DNA of 64,000 nucleotides from Alphaproteobacteria bacterium (GTDB lineage Bacteria > Pseudomonadota > Alphaproteobacteria > GCA-2731375). A program made the translations under genes and the position numbers. Below the pieces are notes generated by a model. That model was not told where the DNA came from and ran no database searches. It saw only the letters and a list, made by a program, of their open reading frames with translations. Positions 53,414 through 64,000 of this stretch are shown here, one piece after another. Position 1 is the first letter of the stretch; each line of letters opens with the position of its first letter. The DNA lies in contig CBDDBZ010000033.1 in NCBI GenBank assembly GCA_965225945.1, forward strand, positions 160,001 to 224,000, written 5' to 3'.

Positions 53414-54475
53414 TTAGTTCTTCGCCACCCAAACATTCCAGCGCTCGGTCAACTCTTCCTGAAAATCGACCCAGAAGTCCATCGACTCCTTGCTGCCGCC
53501 GAACAGGCCGGTCTTCAGGTTGTCGCCGGCGGGCAGCTCCTTCAACTGCGCCGGAGCGATGAGCTTCGCCGCCGCCACCTTGGTCGGGCCATAGGCGTAG
53601 GCATTGGTGAAGTCGGCCTGACGGCCGGGATCCACGGCGAATTTGATGAACTTGTAGCCCATCTCGGTTTCCGGCGCGCCCTTGATAATGGCCCAGGAAT
53701 CGATCGCGAAGATCGTGTTGTCCCAGATCATCTTCAAATTCTTGCCTTCCTTCTGCGCATTGGTGATGCGCCCGTTGTAGGCGACGCTCAGCTCGACGTC
53801 GCCGGCAGCCAGCCACTCCGGTGCCTGGGCCCCGGCTTCCCACCACTGCACCAGTGGCTTGATCTGGTCGAGCTTGCGGAACGCCCTGTCGATGCCCGCG
53901 CGCTTGGCCAGCACCTTATAGACGTCCTTCGGCGCGACGCCGTCGGCCATCAGGGCCAGCTCGAGGTTGAGCTTGGGGCCTTTGCGCATGCCGCGTTTTC
54001 CCGGCCACGTCTTGGTGTCCCAGAAGTCGGTGAGCTTCACCGGTTCCTTCTTCACCTTATCGGCGTTGTAGGCGATGATCACGGACCAGACGAGCATGCC
54101 GACGCCGCACTCGCTGATCGCGTCCGGCAGGAGTTCCGACTTCGGCCCGATTTTCGACCAGTCGAGGCTCACGAAAACACCTTCCTCGCACCCCCGCATC
54201 AGCTCGGAGGTTTCGACCTGGACCACATCCCATTTGATTTTGCCGGTCTCCTGCATCGCCTGGAATTGGGCCCAACCGCCGAGATAAGTGTCTTCGAGAT
54301 AATTTATGCCCTCGGCTTTCTTGAACGGCTCGAAGTAATACTTGCGCTGAGCCTCCTGGTAGCTGCCACCCCAGCTGGCGATGGTGAAATCCCGAGCTTG
54401 CGCCGTGCCGGCTAGCATCGCGCAGACGGCAACAGCGCCAATTAGGCATTTGATGCCCCAAAACGAGTTCCGCAT
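53414..54475 (-). CDS. ABC transporter substrate-binding protein (PotD/PotF-like)
   Basis: Signal peptide, ASWGGSYQEAQ, LELALMADGV, AYNGRI. Confidence 0.9.
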   Translation of the reverse strand: MRNSFWGIKCLIGAVAVCAMLAGTAQARDFTIASWGGSYQEAQRKYYFEPFKKAEGINYLEDTYLGGWAQFQAMQETGKIKWDVVQVETSELMRGCEEGVFVSLDWSKIGPKSELLPDAISECGVGMLVWSVIIAYNADKVKKEPVKLTDFWDTKTWPGKRGMRKGPKLNLELALMADGVAPKDVYKVLAKRAGIDRAFRKLDQIKPLVQWWEAGAQAPEWLAAGDVELSVAYNGRITNAQKEGKNLKMIWDNTIFAIDSWAIIKGAPETEMGYKFIKFAVDPGRQADFTNAYAYGPTKVAAAKLIAPAQLKELPAGDNLKTGLFGGSKESMDFWVDFQEELTERWNVWVAKN

Positions 54476-54744
54476 GTTCCTCTCCCTCCCTGTAGTGCAG
54501 GCCATTTTCATAACGCCAGTTTCCGGTGCCGCCAATTTCCGGCGCCGCAATGCCACGCCGCGACGTCACTACGCCTTGACCGACATCGCTCCTCCTCGGT
54601 TCACAACTGTCCTCGCGCCTGATCCGAAGCCGACGAATTTCACATTCTCGTGCTTCGCGCCATCATACGCAACGCAAATGTTCTCTCCCCCGCGGGGCCG
54701 CGGGCCACACCGCTCGCCCTCGATCCGCCTCGCCTCGGAGAAGC

Positions 54745-55575
54745 CTATTTACTCGCCTTGGTCAGGAGGCGCTCACTGCGCCAGTGGAGCAGCTCGACGA
54801 CGACCAAGAGGGCGACGGAGACCGCGATGAGCAGGGTCGCGATGGCCACGATGGAGGGATCGAGCTGGTCCCGCAAGCCTGTGAAAAGTTGACGAGGGAG
54901 CGTGAGTTGCCCCGGACCGGTGACGAAGAGGGCGATCACGATCTCATCGAACGAGGTCACGAAGGCGAAGACGGCGCCGAACAGCACGCCTGGAAAAATC
55001 AGCGGAAGGGTGACCTGGAAGAAGGCCCTGAGTGGCGAGGCGCCGAGGCTCTCGGCCGCCCGGACCAGGTTCCGGTTGAAGCCCTGCAAGGTGGCGGTGA
55101 CCGTGATGACGACAAAGGGCACCGCTAAGACGACATGGGCGACGATGAGGCCGAGGTGCGTCTGCACGAGGCCGATCCAGGCGAAAAAGAAGTAAAGCCC
55201 CAAGGCGGTAATCACCAGCGGCACGGCCAACGGCGATATCACCAGCGCGAAGATCAGCGCCTTGCCGGGAAATCTCGCGCCCGACAGGCCGACGGCGGCA
55301 AGCGTGCCGAGGAAGGTGGCGATGATGGTCGTCGCCGTGGCCACGATCAGGCTGTTTTCCAGCGCGAACATCCAGGGGAAGGGGACGAGGATGGCCTCAT
55401 ACCACCGCGTCGAGAACCCGGGCAGCGGATAGCTCAGAAAGCTGCCCGAGCTGAGCGAGATCGGCACAATGACGACGATAGGACCCAGCAAGAAGACGAA
55501 GCCCAGCCCGCAAACGACGCGCAAGCCCACGTACCAGAGGCGTTGACCGCGCGTCGCGTTGACCGGCAGTGCCAT
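54745..55575 (-). CDS. ABC permease (PotC-like)
   Basis: GFSTRWY, RAAESLGASP, FVTSFDE. Confidence 0.9.
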   Translation of the reverse strand: MALPVNATRGQRLWYVGLRVVCGLGFVFLLGPIVVIVPISLSSGSFLSYPLPGFSTRWYEAILVPFPWMFALENSLIVATATTIIATFLGTLAAVGLSGARFPGKALIFALVISPLAVPLVITALGLYFFFAWIGLVQTHLGLIVAHVVLAVPFVVITVTATLQGFNRNLVRAAESLGASPLRAFFQVTLPLIFPGVLFGAVFAFVTSFDEIVIALFVTGPGQLTLPRQLFTGLRDQLDPSIVAIATLLIAVSVALLVVVELLHWRSERLLTKASK

Positions 55576-55583
55576 AATTCGCC

Positions 55584-56843
55584 TCAGCTGACCCTTATGC
55601 CGCCGCGACCGACCAGGCCGCGATATATCGGATAGAGCACGGCGACGCTCAACAGCAGCAGAATGGCGATTGCGCTCGACATGCCCCAATTGCCGGTCTT
55701 GGTGGCAAACTCGGCGATCAGGTAGCTCAGCATCTGATCCCGGGCGCCGCCGATCAGCGCTGGCGTGATGTAGAAGCCCAGCGACAAGACGTAGACGAGG
55801 AGGCAGCCGGCACCAAGTCCCGGCAGGGTTTGCGGCAGGTAGACGGCGAGGAACGCCGCCGTCGGTCGCGCCCCTAGCGAGGCCGCCGCTCGCATGTGGC
55901 TGGTGGGAATATTCCTCATCACGGCGTAGAGCGGCAGCACCAGGAACGGCAGCAGGATGTGCACCATGGCGATATAGACGCCGATCCGATTGAAGATCAG
56001 CGCCACCGGCTCGCCGGTCAGCCCGAGGGTGAGCAGGATGGTGTTCACCACGCCTTCGGCCTGCAACAGAACGACCCAGGCGGCGGTGCGCACCAGCAGC
56101 GAGGTCCAGAACGGCAGCAAGACGAGTATCAGCAGGAACCTGGAAAGGCGCTTGGGGGAGGTCGCCATCAGGTACGCCATTGGGTAGCCGATGGCGATGC
56201 AATAGGCCATCACCCAAAAACTGATCCAGAAGGTGCGCATGAGATAGCTGATATAAAGCGTTCGTTCCGGCGGCGCCCAGCCTACGCTGCCGTCCCACCG
56301 CCGCTCGAGGTCGAGCGTCGCCAGCAGATACCGCGTGGTGAAGGGGCCGCTGGAGGCCTTTATGGCGCGCCAGTAGGCGACATCGCCCCAGCGCTCCTCC
56401 ATGGCGATGAGGGCTTCCTTGAAGCGCGGTCCCTCGAGTCGGCGGGCGCGCCGCGCCGAGCGCATGAGCATGCTGCGAAAGCCGCTGATCTCATAGTTCA
56501 GGCGCATGCCGATCAGCGCCGCCGTCTTGGCCTCGTAGGCCTCGGCCAAGTCGGCGGCCAGCGCGGCAAAGACCCTCTCGTCGGGCACGGCCGCGCCATC
56601 CCACGAGGCAACGGCCTGGGCCGTCCGCGGCAGTATCCGCGGCAGCTTCGGGTCGTCGACGCTGTAGAACAGGAGCGAGACGATCGGCAGAACAAAGGTG
56701 ATCACAATGAAGGCGAAAAGGGGTGCAACTAGGCCGAAGGCCTTGAGCTTACGCCGCCGGTCGGCCTTTCGCAGCTTGCCTTCGAGGCTCTCGCCGCCGC
56801 GCATCCCGGCCAGGGGATCGGCCTCGGTGACCGCCGTGATCAT
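55584..56843 (-). CDS. ABC permease (PotB-like)
   Basis: LLPFWTSLLVRT, MRAAASLGA, GFYITPALIGG. Confidence 0.9.
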   Translation of the reverse strand: MITAVTEADPLAGMRGGESLEGKLRKADRRRKLKAFGLVAPLFAFIVITFVLPIVSLLFYSVDDPKLPRILPRTAQAVASWDGAAVPDERVFAALAADLAEAYEAKTAALIGMRLNYEISGFRSMLMRSARRARRLEGPRFKEALIAMEERWGDVAYWRAIKASSGPFTTRYLLATLDLERRWDGSVGWAPPERTLYISYLMRTFWISFWVMAYCIAIGYPMAYLMATSPKRLSRFLLILVLLPFWTSLLVRTAAWVVLLQAEGVVNTILLTLGLTGEPVALIFNRIGVYIAMVHILLPFLVLPLYAVMRNIPTSHMRAAASLGARPTAAFLAVYLPQTLPGLGAGCLLVYVLSLGFYITPALIGGARDQMLSYLIAEFATKTGNWGMSSAIAILLLLSVAVLYPIYRGLVGRGGIRVS

Positions 56844-57934
56844 GTCGGATCGAGCGCTCGGCAATGCTCGGACGCCCAGCCGACTTCCACCGCCTCCCCG
56901 GGTTGCAGGTCGCGACTCGACGGGCTGATCTCCACCTTGGCGGTGAAATCGTCCGTGTCGGCCAAGGCGATGCGCACCCGCCGGTGATCGCCGAAATAAA
57001 TGACCTCCACGACTTCGCCGGTGAGACGGTTCGCGTGGTCGACGCCGCCGGGATCGATCGCCAAGCGCTCCGGGCGCACCGACAGCGTCGTGCGACCACC
57101 GACCTCCGTGGCCCGAATGGCGCGCGCCATGACGCGTGCGCCCGAGGCCAATTGGACGGTGCAAAATTCGCCGTCGAGGCTTTCGATGGTGCCCTGCAGG
57201 TTGTTGTTCTCGCCGATGAAGTTCGCCACGAACGAGTTGGCGGGGTTCTCGTAAATCTCATGGGGAGTGCCGATCTGCTGGATGACCCCATTGTTCAGGA
57301 CGGCCACCCGGTCCGACATCGTCAGGGCTTCGCTCTGGTCATGGGTCACGTAAACCACGGTCATGCCCAAGGCCTGATGCAAATGCTTGATCTCGAGCTG
57401 CATCTGCTCGCGGAGCTTCTTGTCGAGCGCACCCAGCGGTTCGTCCATCAGCACGAGCTCCGGCTCGAACACGAGTGCGCGGGCCAAGGCCACGCGTTGT
57501 TGCTGGCCGCCCGAGAGCTGGGAGGGACGGCGATCCTCCAAGCCCTCGAGCTCGACCATCTGCAATATCGACAACGCCTTCTCGCGGACCGTCGCTTTCG
57601 ACAGGCGACGTTGCAACAGCGGAAAGGAGACATTCTGAATGACGGTCTTGTGGGGGAACAGGGCATAATCCTGAAATACGATGCCCATGTTCCGCCTGAA
57701 GGGCGGGACGGTCCTCAACGATCGGTCATGGAGCGTGATGTCGCCGGCGGTCGTGGCCTCGAATCCCGCCAGCATCAACAGCGTCGTGGTCTTGCCCGAA
57801 CCGGAGGGGCCGAGAAGGGTGAGAAATTCACCCTGTTGAATGTCGAGGTTCAAACGCTCTACGACGTTGACCTTCCCGTCGTAGGTCTTTTCGACACCTT
57901 CGAACCTGACAATAGGTACGCCATCCGCCGCCAC
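56840..57934 (-). CDS. ABC ATP-binding protein (PotA-like)
   Basis: Walker [28 protein letters not shown] domain. Confidence 0.93.
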   Translation of the reverse strand: MAADGVPIVRFEGVEKTYDGKVNVVERLNLDIQQGEFLTLLGPSGSGKTTTLLMLAGFEATTAGDITLHDRSLRTVPPFRRNMGIVFQDYALFPHKTVIQNVSFPLLQRRLSKATVREKALSILQMVELEGLEDRRPSQLSGGQQQRVALARALVFEPELVLMDEPLGALDKKLREQMQLEIKHLHQALGMTVVYVTHDQSEALTMSDRVAVLNNGVIQQIGTPHEIYENPANSFVANFIGENNNLQGTIESLDGEFCTVQLASGARVMARAIRATEVGGRTTLSVRPERLAIDPGGVDHANRLTGEVVEVIYFGDHRRVRIALADTDDFTAKVEISPSSRDLQPGEAVEVGWASEHCRALDPT

Positions 57935-58169
57935 CGGTCCACACGCCCTCCGCCGAGGCTATCCCCGCTCAACGCCGATAATGCAACAGCCCTCGTTGCT
58001 CGCAGCCCGCGCATCGTCGCATGGCCACGCTTGCGCCCGCAAGACCGACTCGTGCTGGGTCACGAAGAGACCTTTAGATATGCCTAATGTAGCGGTAAGC
58101 TGTATGGGCAAAGCCGGCGAATCCGGTGTGACGACGGAATTTCACTTCGGATAGCCGATTTCGCGGGGG

Positions 58170-59633
58170 TCATTGCTTGGCATCGTAGAGCTCGCTTTTC
58201 GCCCCCATATAGTCGGCCCAGGCGAACCAATAGGCGACATGGCCGGGCGCGCGCGCCCGGCGCTCGCCGTTCGGGCCTCGCAGGAACGCCTCCTCGATCC
58301 GCCAGACGCCGCCGGGCCCCCTCAATCGGTCGGGCGAGTCGGCCTTGGCGAAGCTGGCCTCGCCCCGGTAATAGGCCCGCGCGCTGCGCGTGGCGTCGTC
58401 GCCGATCAGGACCACCGGCTTGTCGCCGACCCGATCGTTGATCACGGCACCGCCCGCGAAGACGTCGAGCGGCCAGGCCTTGGCAGCGCCGAACTCGCGC
58501 ATACCGAAGACGTAGTCCTTGCGCTTCAGCCGGCTCTCGTCCTGGACCACGACCGGGAACATCAGATTGGGGCTGGCGAAATAGTCGCGATAGACGACGC
58601 CCGAGCCATAGTCGCGCGCGTGGCCCGTATCGAGCGAGAGCACCGTGGTCTTCGGGTGCCGCGCCCGCCAGTCGGCCCACGAGGTGATCAGCACCGGCCG
58701 CATCTTCAATCTGATGCCGCTTCCCCTCAGCGGGCCGTTCACCGGCTCGCCCGTGAACTGGTTCCACAGACTGAACGTGGTGCGGTCGAACATCAGCTTG
58801 TTCGAGCGATAGAGAAAGCCCGAGGAGCCGAAGACGAAGGCGGGCGAGCGGCCCTCGAGCGTGGTCTCGAAAAGGATTCCGGCGCCGCAGAGCGTGCAAT
58901 AGGCGAGCGCTACCGGCACCCCGCCGACGACGTCGTTGAACATCTCGTGCCAGCCCATGATGCGGAGCGGATAGGCGCGCACGTCGCCGTTGATCGCCAC
59001 CCCGAACACGAGATCCTCGTCCAGCAGATAGTCGGCCTCGGCGGCCGCAATCATCGCCGGGCCGTCGAGCGAGGGAATGCCGTCGAAGCGGACGCCGCCC
59101 CAGGCGATCTCCTCCAGCCGGATCTCCATCTTGTCCCGGTCCGAACGATCGCCGCCCAGGAGCACGCGGAAGGCGCGGTCGATGCGATCGAACATGACGA
59201 GCTTCAGCTCGCGGTAGCTGGCGTGCGGGCGAACCTCCGGATGGGCCTGTTGCCAGAGCATCGCCTGGTTCCAGCCGTCGATCTCCTCGCCGGTCACCGC
59301 CTTCAGCAGCCTGAGGAAGTCGCCTCGCATATCCTCGCGAAACCGCAAGCCCAGGATGGTGGTGGCGACGATGTCGGGATTGCCGCGCCGGATCAGCGAG
59401 TCCACCGCCAGCCTCGCCTCCGTGGGCGGGCCGAGGACCAGCGCCCGGCTCGCCGCCGTGACCGGATCGCCCTCGGCCTCGCGCGGCCGATCGAGGGCGA
59501 CCTGCGCCACCGCCGCGATTGGCATGAGCAGCGCCACGAGGACCATGACCAGGATGTTGCGCAACGGAGACCCCTTTCCTTCCGGCCCGAGGGACGGGTC
59601 GCGTCGACCAGAGATGGGCGCCAATTCGCTCAT
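58170..59633 (-). CDS. DUF3179-domain protein
   Basis: WGGVRFDGIPSLD, RAYPLRIMGWHEMFND, YCTLC, GFLYRSNKLMFD, YWFAW. Confidence 0.85.
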   Translation of the reverse strand: MSELAPISGRRDPSLGPEGKGSPLRNILVMVLVALLMPIAAVAQVALDRPREAEGDPVTAASRALVLGPPTEARLAVDSLIRRGNPDIVATTILGLRFREDMRGDFLRLLKAVTGEEIDGWNQAMLWQQAHPEVRPHASYRELKLVMFDRIDRAFRVLLGGDRSDRDKMEIRLEEIAWGGVRFDGIPSLDGPAMIAAAEADYLLDEDLVFGVAINGDVRAYPLRIMGWHEMFNDVVGGVPVALAYCTLCGAGILFETTLEGRSPAFVFGSSGFLYRSNKLMFDRTTFSLWNQFTGEPVNGPLRGSGIRLKMRPVLITSWADWRARHPKTTVLSLDTGHARDYGSGVVYRDYFASPNLMFPVVVQDESRLKRKDYVFGMREFGAAKAWPLDVFAGGAVINDRVGDKPVVLIGDDATRSARAYYRGEASFAKADSPDRLRGPGGVWRIEEAFLRGPNGERRARAPGHVAYWFAWADYMGAKSELYDAKQ

Positions 59634-59686
59634 TACGAGGTTCGCTCCCCCGGACGTGAACGAGGTTGATCGGCGAGATCGAAGGT

Positions 59687-60796
59687 CTAGGTCAGGGTCG
59701 CGACCGACTTGGCCTCGATCAGCTCAAAATCGATCTCGTAGCCGAGGCCGGGGCCGTCCGGCGCGTGCACCAGGCCGTCGCCGTCGACCACGATGTCGCC
59801 CGCCAGGCCGTATTTCTGCGCCTCGTCGGGCAACAGCACCTCGAAGAACTCGCAGTTCCGGATCGCCATCATCACGTGCAGGTTGGCGACGTTGTTCAAG
59901 GAGTTGCCGCCGTGGTGGACCTCGTAGTTCATGTGGAAGGCCTCGGCCAGGTGCGCGGCCTTGAGGATCGCGGTGATCCCGCCCTTCACCGCGACGTCGC
60001 CGCGTAGGTAGTCGGTCGCCTGGAGCGTCAGCCACGGCGCGTAGGCGGTCAGGCCGCCGGGGGTGTATTCGGTCGCCAGAATCGGGATGTCCAAGCGCTG
60101 CTTCAGCTTGACGTAGTTGGTGATGTCGTCGTCCGCCAGCGGGTCCTCGTACCAGTAGAACCCGAGCTCCTGGATCGCCAAGCCGACGCGGAGCGCCTCG
60201 TCGTAGCGATAGGACCAGGTCGGATCCAGCATCACGGTGTAATCGTCGCCGACCGCCTCGCGGACCGCGCGGCAGACCTCGATGTCCTCGCGCCACCGGG
60301 TCGGCGGGTGGACCTTGTAGGCGGCCCAGCCGTTGGCCTTGAACCCGGCCGCCTCCTCGGCGTAGGCGGCCGGGTCCGCCATCACGGCGGAAGAGGCGTA
60401 GGCCGGAATCGAGGTCCGGTAGCCGCCGATCAACTGGTGGACCGGCAGGCCGGCGGCCTTGCCCGCGAGATCCCACAGCGCCACGTCCACCGCGCCGACA
60501 GAGCGATAGGTCGTGTTACGGGTCTGGCCGATGCAGGCACGATGGATCTTCTCGCGATTCAGCGGGTTTTCGCCCATCAGGCGCGGCTTCAGATAGTGCA
60601 TCAGCGAGGCGGCATCGAACTCGGCGCTGCGCGAGGCGGAGCCGAGGAAGGCATGGCCCTCGACGCCCTCGTCGGTGGCGATCCTCAGCAGCCCGAGCTG
60701 GCTCTTGCCCTCGAACCGGCCGGTGTGCCGGCCGTAGGTGGTGGCGGGAATGTCGTCCCAGGCGAAGAGAGTGAGCGTGACGTCGGTGATCTTCAT
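59687..60796 (-). CDS. Mandelate racemase/muconate lactonizing enzyme family protein
   Basis: GAVDVALWDLAGKAAGLPV, KVH, MLD, WYEDP, ATE. Confidence 0.9.
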   Translation of the reverse strand: MKITDVTLTLFAWDDIPATTYGRHTGRFEGKSQLGLLRIATDEGVEGHAFLGSASRSAEFDAASLMHYLKPRLMGENPLNREKIHRACIGQTRNTTYRSVGAVDVALWDLAGKAAGLPVHQLIGGYRTSIPAYASSAVMADPAAYAEEAAGFKANGWAAYKVHPPTRWREDIEVCRAVREAVGDDYTVMLDPTWSYRYDEALRVGLAIQELGFYWYEDPLADDDITNYVKLKQRLDIPILATEYTPGGLTAYAPWLTLQATDYLRGDVAVKGGITAILKAAHLAEAFHMNYEVHHGGNSLNNVANLHVMMAIRNCEFFEVLLPDEAQKYGLAGDIVVDGDGLVHAPDGPGLGYEIDFELIEAKSVATLT

Positions 60797-61076
60797 GGCT
60801 CGGCGGCTCCCGCTATCGCTGGTCAGGGGTCCGGTCTGGGGCGGTTCCGTCCAGATCGGGAAACTGTCATGTTCCGACGAGATTGTCGTCGGAATCGGGC
60901 GGGAAGCAACCGCGGCTGTCGAGGCGCGCGTCGAACGCCGGCGCCTTCTCGACGCGGACGCCGCGCCCGCTCCCCGCTCGAGGCTACCCTCCCGCGAATG
61001 ACGCATTCCGTCGAGTCGAGCGAGGCTTTAAGCTCGCTCGTCGGAGCGTCGAGGGTCGTGGAGGGAGAGGATTTCG

Positions 61077-63461
61077 ATGGAACAGCCGAAAGGCATCGGC
61101 GCCAGGGTGCCGCGGGTCGAGGACGACCGCTTCCTGCGCGGGCATGGCCGCTTCACCGACGATCTCGTGGCCGACGGCCAAGCGCTTGCCGTCTTCCTCC
61201 GATCAAGCCACGCGCACGCTCGAATCCTGGGCATCGAGGCCGAGGCGGCGCGGGCCGCGCCGGGCGTGCGGTTGGTGCTGACGGCGGCCGACATCCTCCA
61301 AGACATCCCAAATCCGATTCCCTCGCTCTCGAATGCGCCCCCCTTCGACATCGCGCGGCGCCCGGACGGGCCGGCGGCGGAGGCCGATCAATATCCCCTG
61401 GCCCAGGGCGAGGTGCGCTACGTCGGAGAGCCCCTCGCCTGTGTCGTCGCCGACACTCTCAGCCAGGCCCGTGACGCGGCGGAGCTGATCGAGGTCGACT
61501 ATGCGCCGCTTCCGGTGGTGCTCGATATGGCGGACGCCCTCGCCGAGGGCGCGCCCCGGGTCTGGCACGAGAAGCCCGACAACCTCTCCTTCGCCTGGGA
61601 GCGCGGCGACGCCGAGGCCACCGACGCGGCCTTCGCCCGGGCGGCCCACGTCGCGCGGGTCGAACTGGTGAACAACCGTGTCGCCATCAGCTTCATGGAG
61701 CCGCGTGCCGCACTGGCCGAATACGACGCGGGCGAGGACCGGCTGACGCTTCGGGCCGGCTGCCAGTCGGCGCATGGGATGCAGGCCGGGCTCGCCGGGA
61801 TGCTCGGACTGGAGGTGGACCGGCTCCGCGTCGTCGTGCCGGATACCGGCGGCGGTTTCGGCGCGCGCGGCGGAGTTTACCCGGAATTCCCGGTATTGCT
61901 GGTGGCGGCGCGCCGCCTGCGGCGCCCGGTGAAATGGTGCGCCGAGCGGGCAGAGAGCTTCCTCGCCGACAACCAGTCGCGCGACCATGTGCTCAGGGGC
62001 GAGCTGGCGCTGGACGCCGAGGGCGGGTTCACGGCGCTCCGCGTCGCCATCGAGTGGCGCCACGGCGCCTATCTCACCAGCCGCAATATCTGGGTCATGG
62101 TCGCCTATCTGCCGCCGACACTGGGCGGGCCCTATCGCATTCCGCTCGGCCACGTCGCGCTGCGCGGCGTCTTCTCGAACACCGTGCCGCTCGGCGCCTA
62201 TCGCGGTATCGGCCGCCTCGAGAGCAATTACCTGATGGAAAGCTTGGTGGACGCGGCGGCTCGCGTCTCGGGCATCGATCGGATCGAGCTGCGCCGACGC
62301 AACCTGGTGGCCCAAGGGGAGATGCCGTGGGAAACCCCCGGGGGTGCGGTCTACGAGTTGGGCGAATTCGCGACCAACCTCGAACAGGCGCTCGAGCTCT
62401 CGGATTGGGATGGCGTCGCCCGGCGGCGGGAGGCGGCCGAGGCGCGGGGCCTCCTCAAGGGCATCGGCCTGGCCATGTATGTCGAGAACGACGGCGGCGT
62501 GCCGAGCGAATATGCGGAGATCGTCGCCGGCGCGGACGGCACGGTCACCGCCCATGTCGGCACCCAGGACTTCGGCATGGGCCACGCCACCATGTACGGC
62601 CAAATCCTCTCGAGCGAACTCGGCATCGAATTTGAACGCATCCGGGTCGTCTTCGGCGACACCGACAGGATCGCGCGCGGCGCCGGCTCGCACGGCTCCC
62701 GCTCGGCCCGAATCGGTGGCGCCGCCGCCGTCGGCGGCGCCCAGAAACTGGTCGAACTCGGCCGCGAGCTCGCCTCGGAAATGCTGGAGGCCTCGGCGGG
62801 CGACATCGAGTACCGCCGAGGTCGCTTCGTCGTCGCCGGAACCGATCGCGCGGTCGGGCTGGCGGCCCTCGCCGGCTTCGCCGAGGCGCGGGGCGGGCGG
62901 CTCGCGGGCGAGACCGATTTCACCACCGAACGTCAGACCCATGCCAACGGTTGCCACGTCTGCGAGGTCAGCATCGACCCCGAGGACGGCCGCGTGACGA
63001 TCGACCGCTATGGCGTGGTGGCCGACGTCGGCCGGGCGATCAACCCGATGATCGTCGACGGCCAAATCCACGGCGGCGCCGCGCAGGGAATCGGCCAAGC
63101 GCTGATGGAGGAGGTGATCCACGATCCCGCCAGCGGTCAGGTCCTGAGCGGCAGCTACATGGATTACACGCTACCTCGCGCCGATGATCTGGCGAACTTC
63201 GCCGTGGCGCTGAACGAACAGGTGGAAACCGACAACCCGCTCGGCGTCAAGGGCGCGGGCGAATCCGCCACCACGGGCGCACCCGGCGCCTTGATGAACG
63301 CGATCCGCGATGCGCTGGGCCCGGCGGCCGGCCACCTCGACATGCCGGCCACCCCCGAGCGCGTTCGCGCGCGCTGCGGCGGGGCAGGGACCGTCGGGAT
63401 GAAAAGGATTAGCGCGTTTGCCGGCCCTTCGAGGCGGCAGCACGTCTTCGCGAGCCGGTGA
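61077..63461 (+). CDS. Xanthine dehydrogenase-family molybdopterin-binding subunit (CoxL/CutL-like)
   Basis: RVEDDRFLRGHG, GGGFGAR, AYRGIGR, GQIHGGAAQGIG, GVKGAGE. The last codons may be frameshifted. Confidence 0.9.
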   Translation: MEQPKGIGARVPRVEDDRFLRGHGRFTDDLVADGQALAVFLRSSHAHARILGIEAEAARAAPGVRLVLTAADILQDIPNPIPSLSNAPPFDIARRPDGPAAEADQYPLAQGEVRYVGEPLACVVADTLSQARDAAELIEVDYAPLPVVLDMADALAEGAPRVWHEKPDNLSFAWERGDAEATDAAFARAAHVARVELVNNRVAISFMEPRAALAEYDAGEDRLTLRAGCQSAHGMQAGLAGMLGLEVDRLRVVVPDTGGGFGARGGVYPEFPVLLVAARRLRRPVKWCAERAESFLADNQSRDHVLRGELALDAEGGFTALRVAIEWRHGAYLTSRNIWVMVAYLPPTLGGPYRIPLGHVALRGVFSNTVPLGAYRGIGRLESNYLMESLVDAAARVSGIDRIELRRRNLVAQGEMPWETPGGAVYELGEFATNLEQALELSDWDGVARRREAAEARGLLKGIGLAMYVENDGGVPSEYAEIVAGADGTVTAHVGTQDFGMGHATMYGQILSSELGIEFERIRVVFGDTDRIARGAGSHGSRSARIGGAAAVGGAQKLVELGRELASEMLEASAGDIEYRRGRFVVAGTDRAVGLAALAGFAEARGGRLAGETDFTTERQTHANGCHVCEVSIDPEDGRVTIDRYGVVADVGRAINPMIVDGQIHGGAAQGIGQALMEEVIHDPASGQVLSGSYMDYTLPRADDLANFAVALNEQVETDNPLGVKGAGESATTGAPGALMNAIRDALGPAAGHLDMPATPERVRARCGGAGTVGMKRISAFAGPSRRQHVFASR

Positions 63462-63585
63462 CGTGGATCACTGGTCGAGGTCGACGATATGCCCCATATG
63501 GGAGAGACGGCACGAAACCCCTGCCGGTCGGGCGAGATCGACGCTACCGAGATCGTTAACGGCTTGGCAAAGATGTCGGTGCAGG

Positions 63586-63795
63586 ATGATCGCCATGTCG
63601 TTCACATATGTCATAGAGGAGCCCTCCCCGTTGGCCCCCGCCACCGACTGGCACCGTTTCCTGCGCTTCGTCAGGCACCTGCCTCAGGATGACGACGGCG
63701 TCGCCCTGGCGCGCGACATGGCGGAGCGCCACATCGCCGAACTGGCGAGCCGCACAGGCATGGAAGGCGAGGCCAGCGGCGCCATCGGCGCGTGA
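63586..63795 (+). CDS. Small hypothetical protein
   Basis: Short ORF with host-like codon usage; no recognised motif. Confidence 0.35.
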   Translation: MIAMSFTYVIEEPSPLAPATDWHRFLRFVRHLPQDDDGVALARDMAERHIAELASRTGMEGEASGAIGA

Positions 63796-64000
63796 ACGCG
63801 GCCGAGATCACGGGCGACGGCGGCCCCGCGCGCCTGCCCCAGAGGCCGATTTGCCGCCATCAAACGCTTTCCTATGCTCGGATCATGCTCTAGGTTGGCG
63901 GGCGGGAGTGCGACTTGGTCGAGCGCCTGTCCGCCCGGCCCGGCGTCGCCTTTCCGATCGCGGGCTTCGGCGCCAGCGATTGCCGGCGCTGTCCGGCGCA

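Noticed and set aside
58170-59633. DUF3179 protein as a second selenoprotein
   Set aside because: The motif is YCTLC with ordinary Cys codons and there is no in-frame TGA.
61077-63461. Aerobic CO dehydrogenase
   Set aside because: The active-site loop is AYRGIGR rather than form I AYXCSFR, and no coxS or coxM is adjacent.
1-64000. CRISPR array, tRNA or rRNA genes
   Set aside because: None seen. The 43-bp repeats are inverted element ends with TSDs, not a spaced direct-repeat array.

Overview
High-GC DNA with an alphaproteobacterial gene set (IalB, GcrA-like protein, heterotetrameric sarcosine oxidase, cytochrome c'). The flanks carry ordinary catabolic and transport genes: an autotransporter plus IalB, soxBDAG, hydantoinase A/B with threonine aldolase and D-aminoacylase, two LLM oxidoreductases, a PotABCD-like ABC transporter, DUF3179, a mandelate racemase-family enzyme and a xanthine dehydrogenase-family Mo subunit. 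An IS3 element lies at 11.7-13.1 kb, and the centre (about 24.4-49 kb) is a pile-up of nested IS elements (three IS256 types, IS21, IS66, IS630, IS4, IS110, IS1595). The standout is a transposase-less 755-bp cassette present four times (1-344 partial, 29816-30570, 34969-35723, 42596-43350). It has perfect 43-bp terminal inverted repeats, a different 8-bp target-site duplication at each complete copy, an NrdR-box-like palindrome in each TIR, and a 102-aa LRV/HEAT-like passenger ORF. It has split a TPR gene and an IS66 transposase. Other notable items are a probable selenoprotein (DsbA/FrnE, UxxC with a SECIS-like hairpin), a stand-alone GcrA C-terminal-domain microprotein behind a PhaR-like box, two internally deleted RAYT/REP mini-elements, a 158-bp MITE, and an IS110 left end that may encode a bridge RNA. 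All family assignments come from motif recognition by eye; no database search was run.
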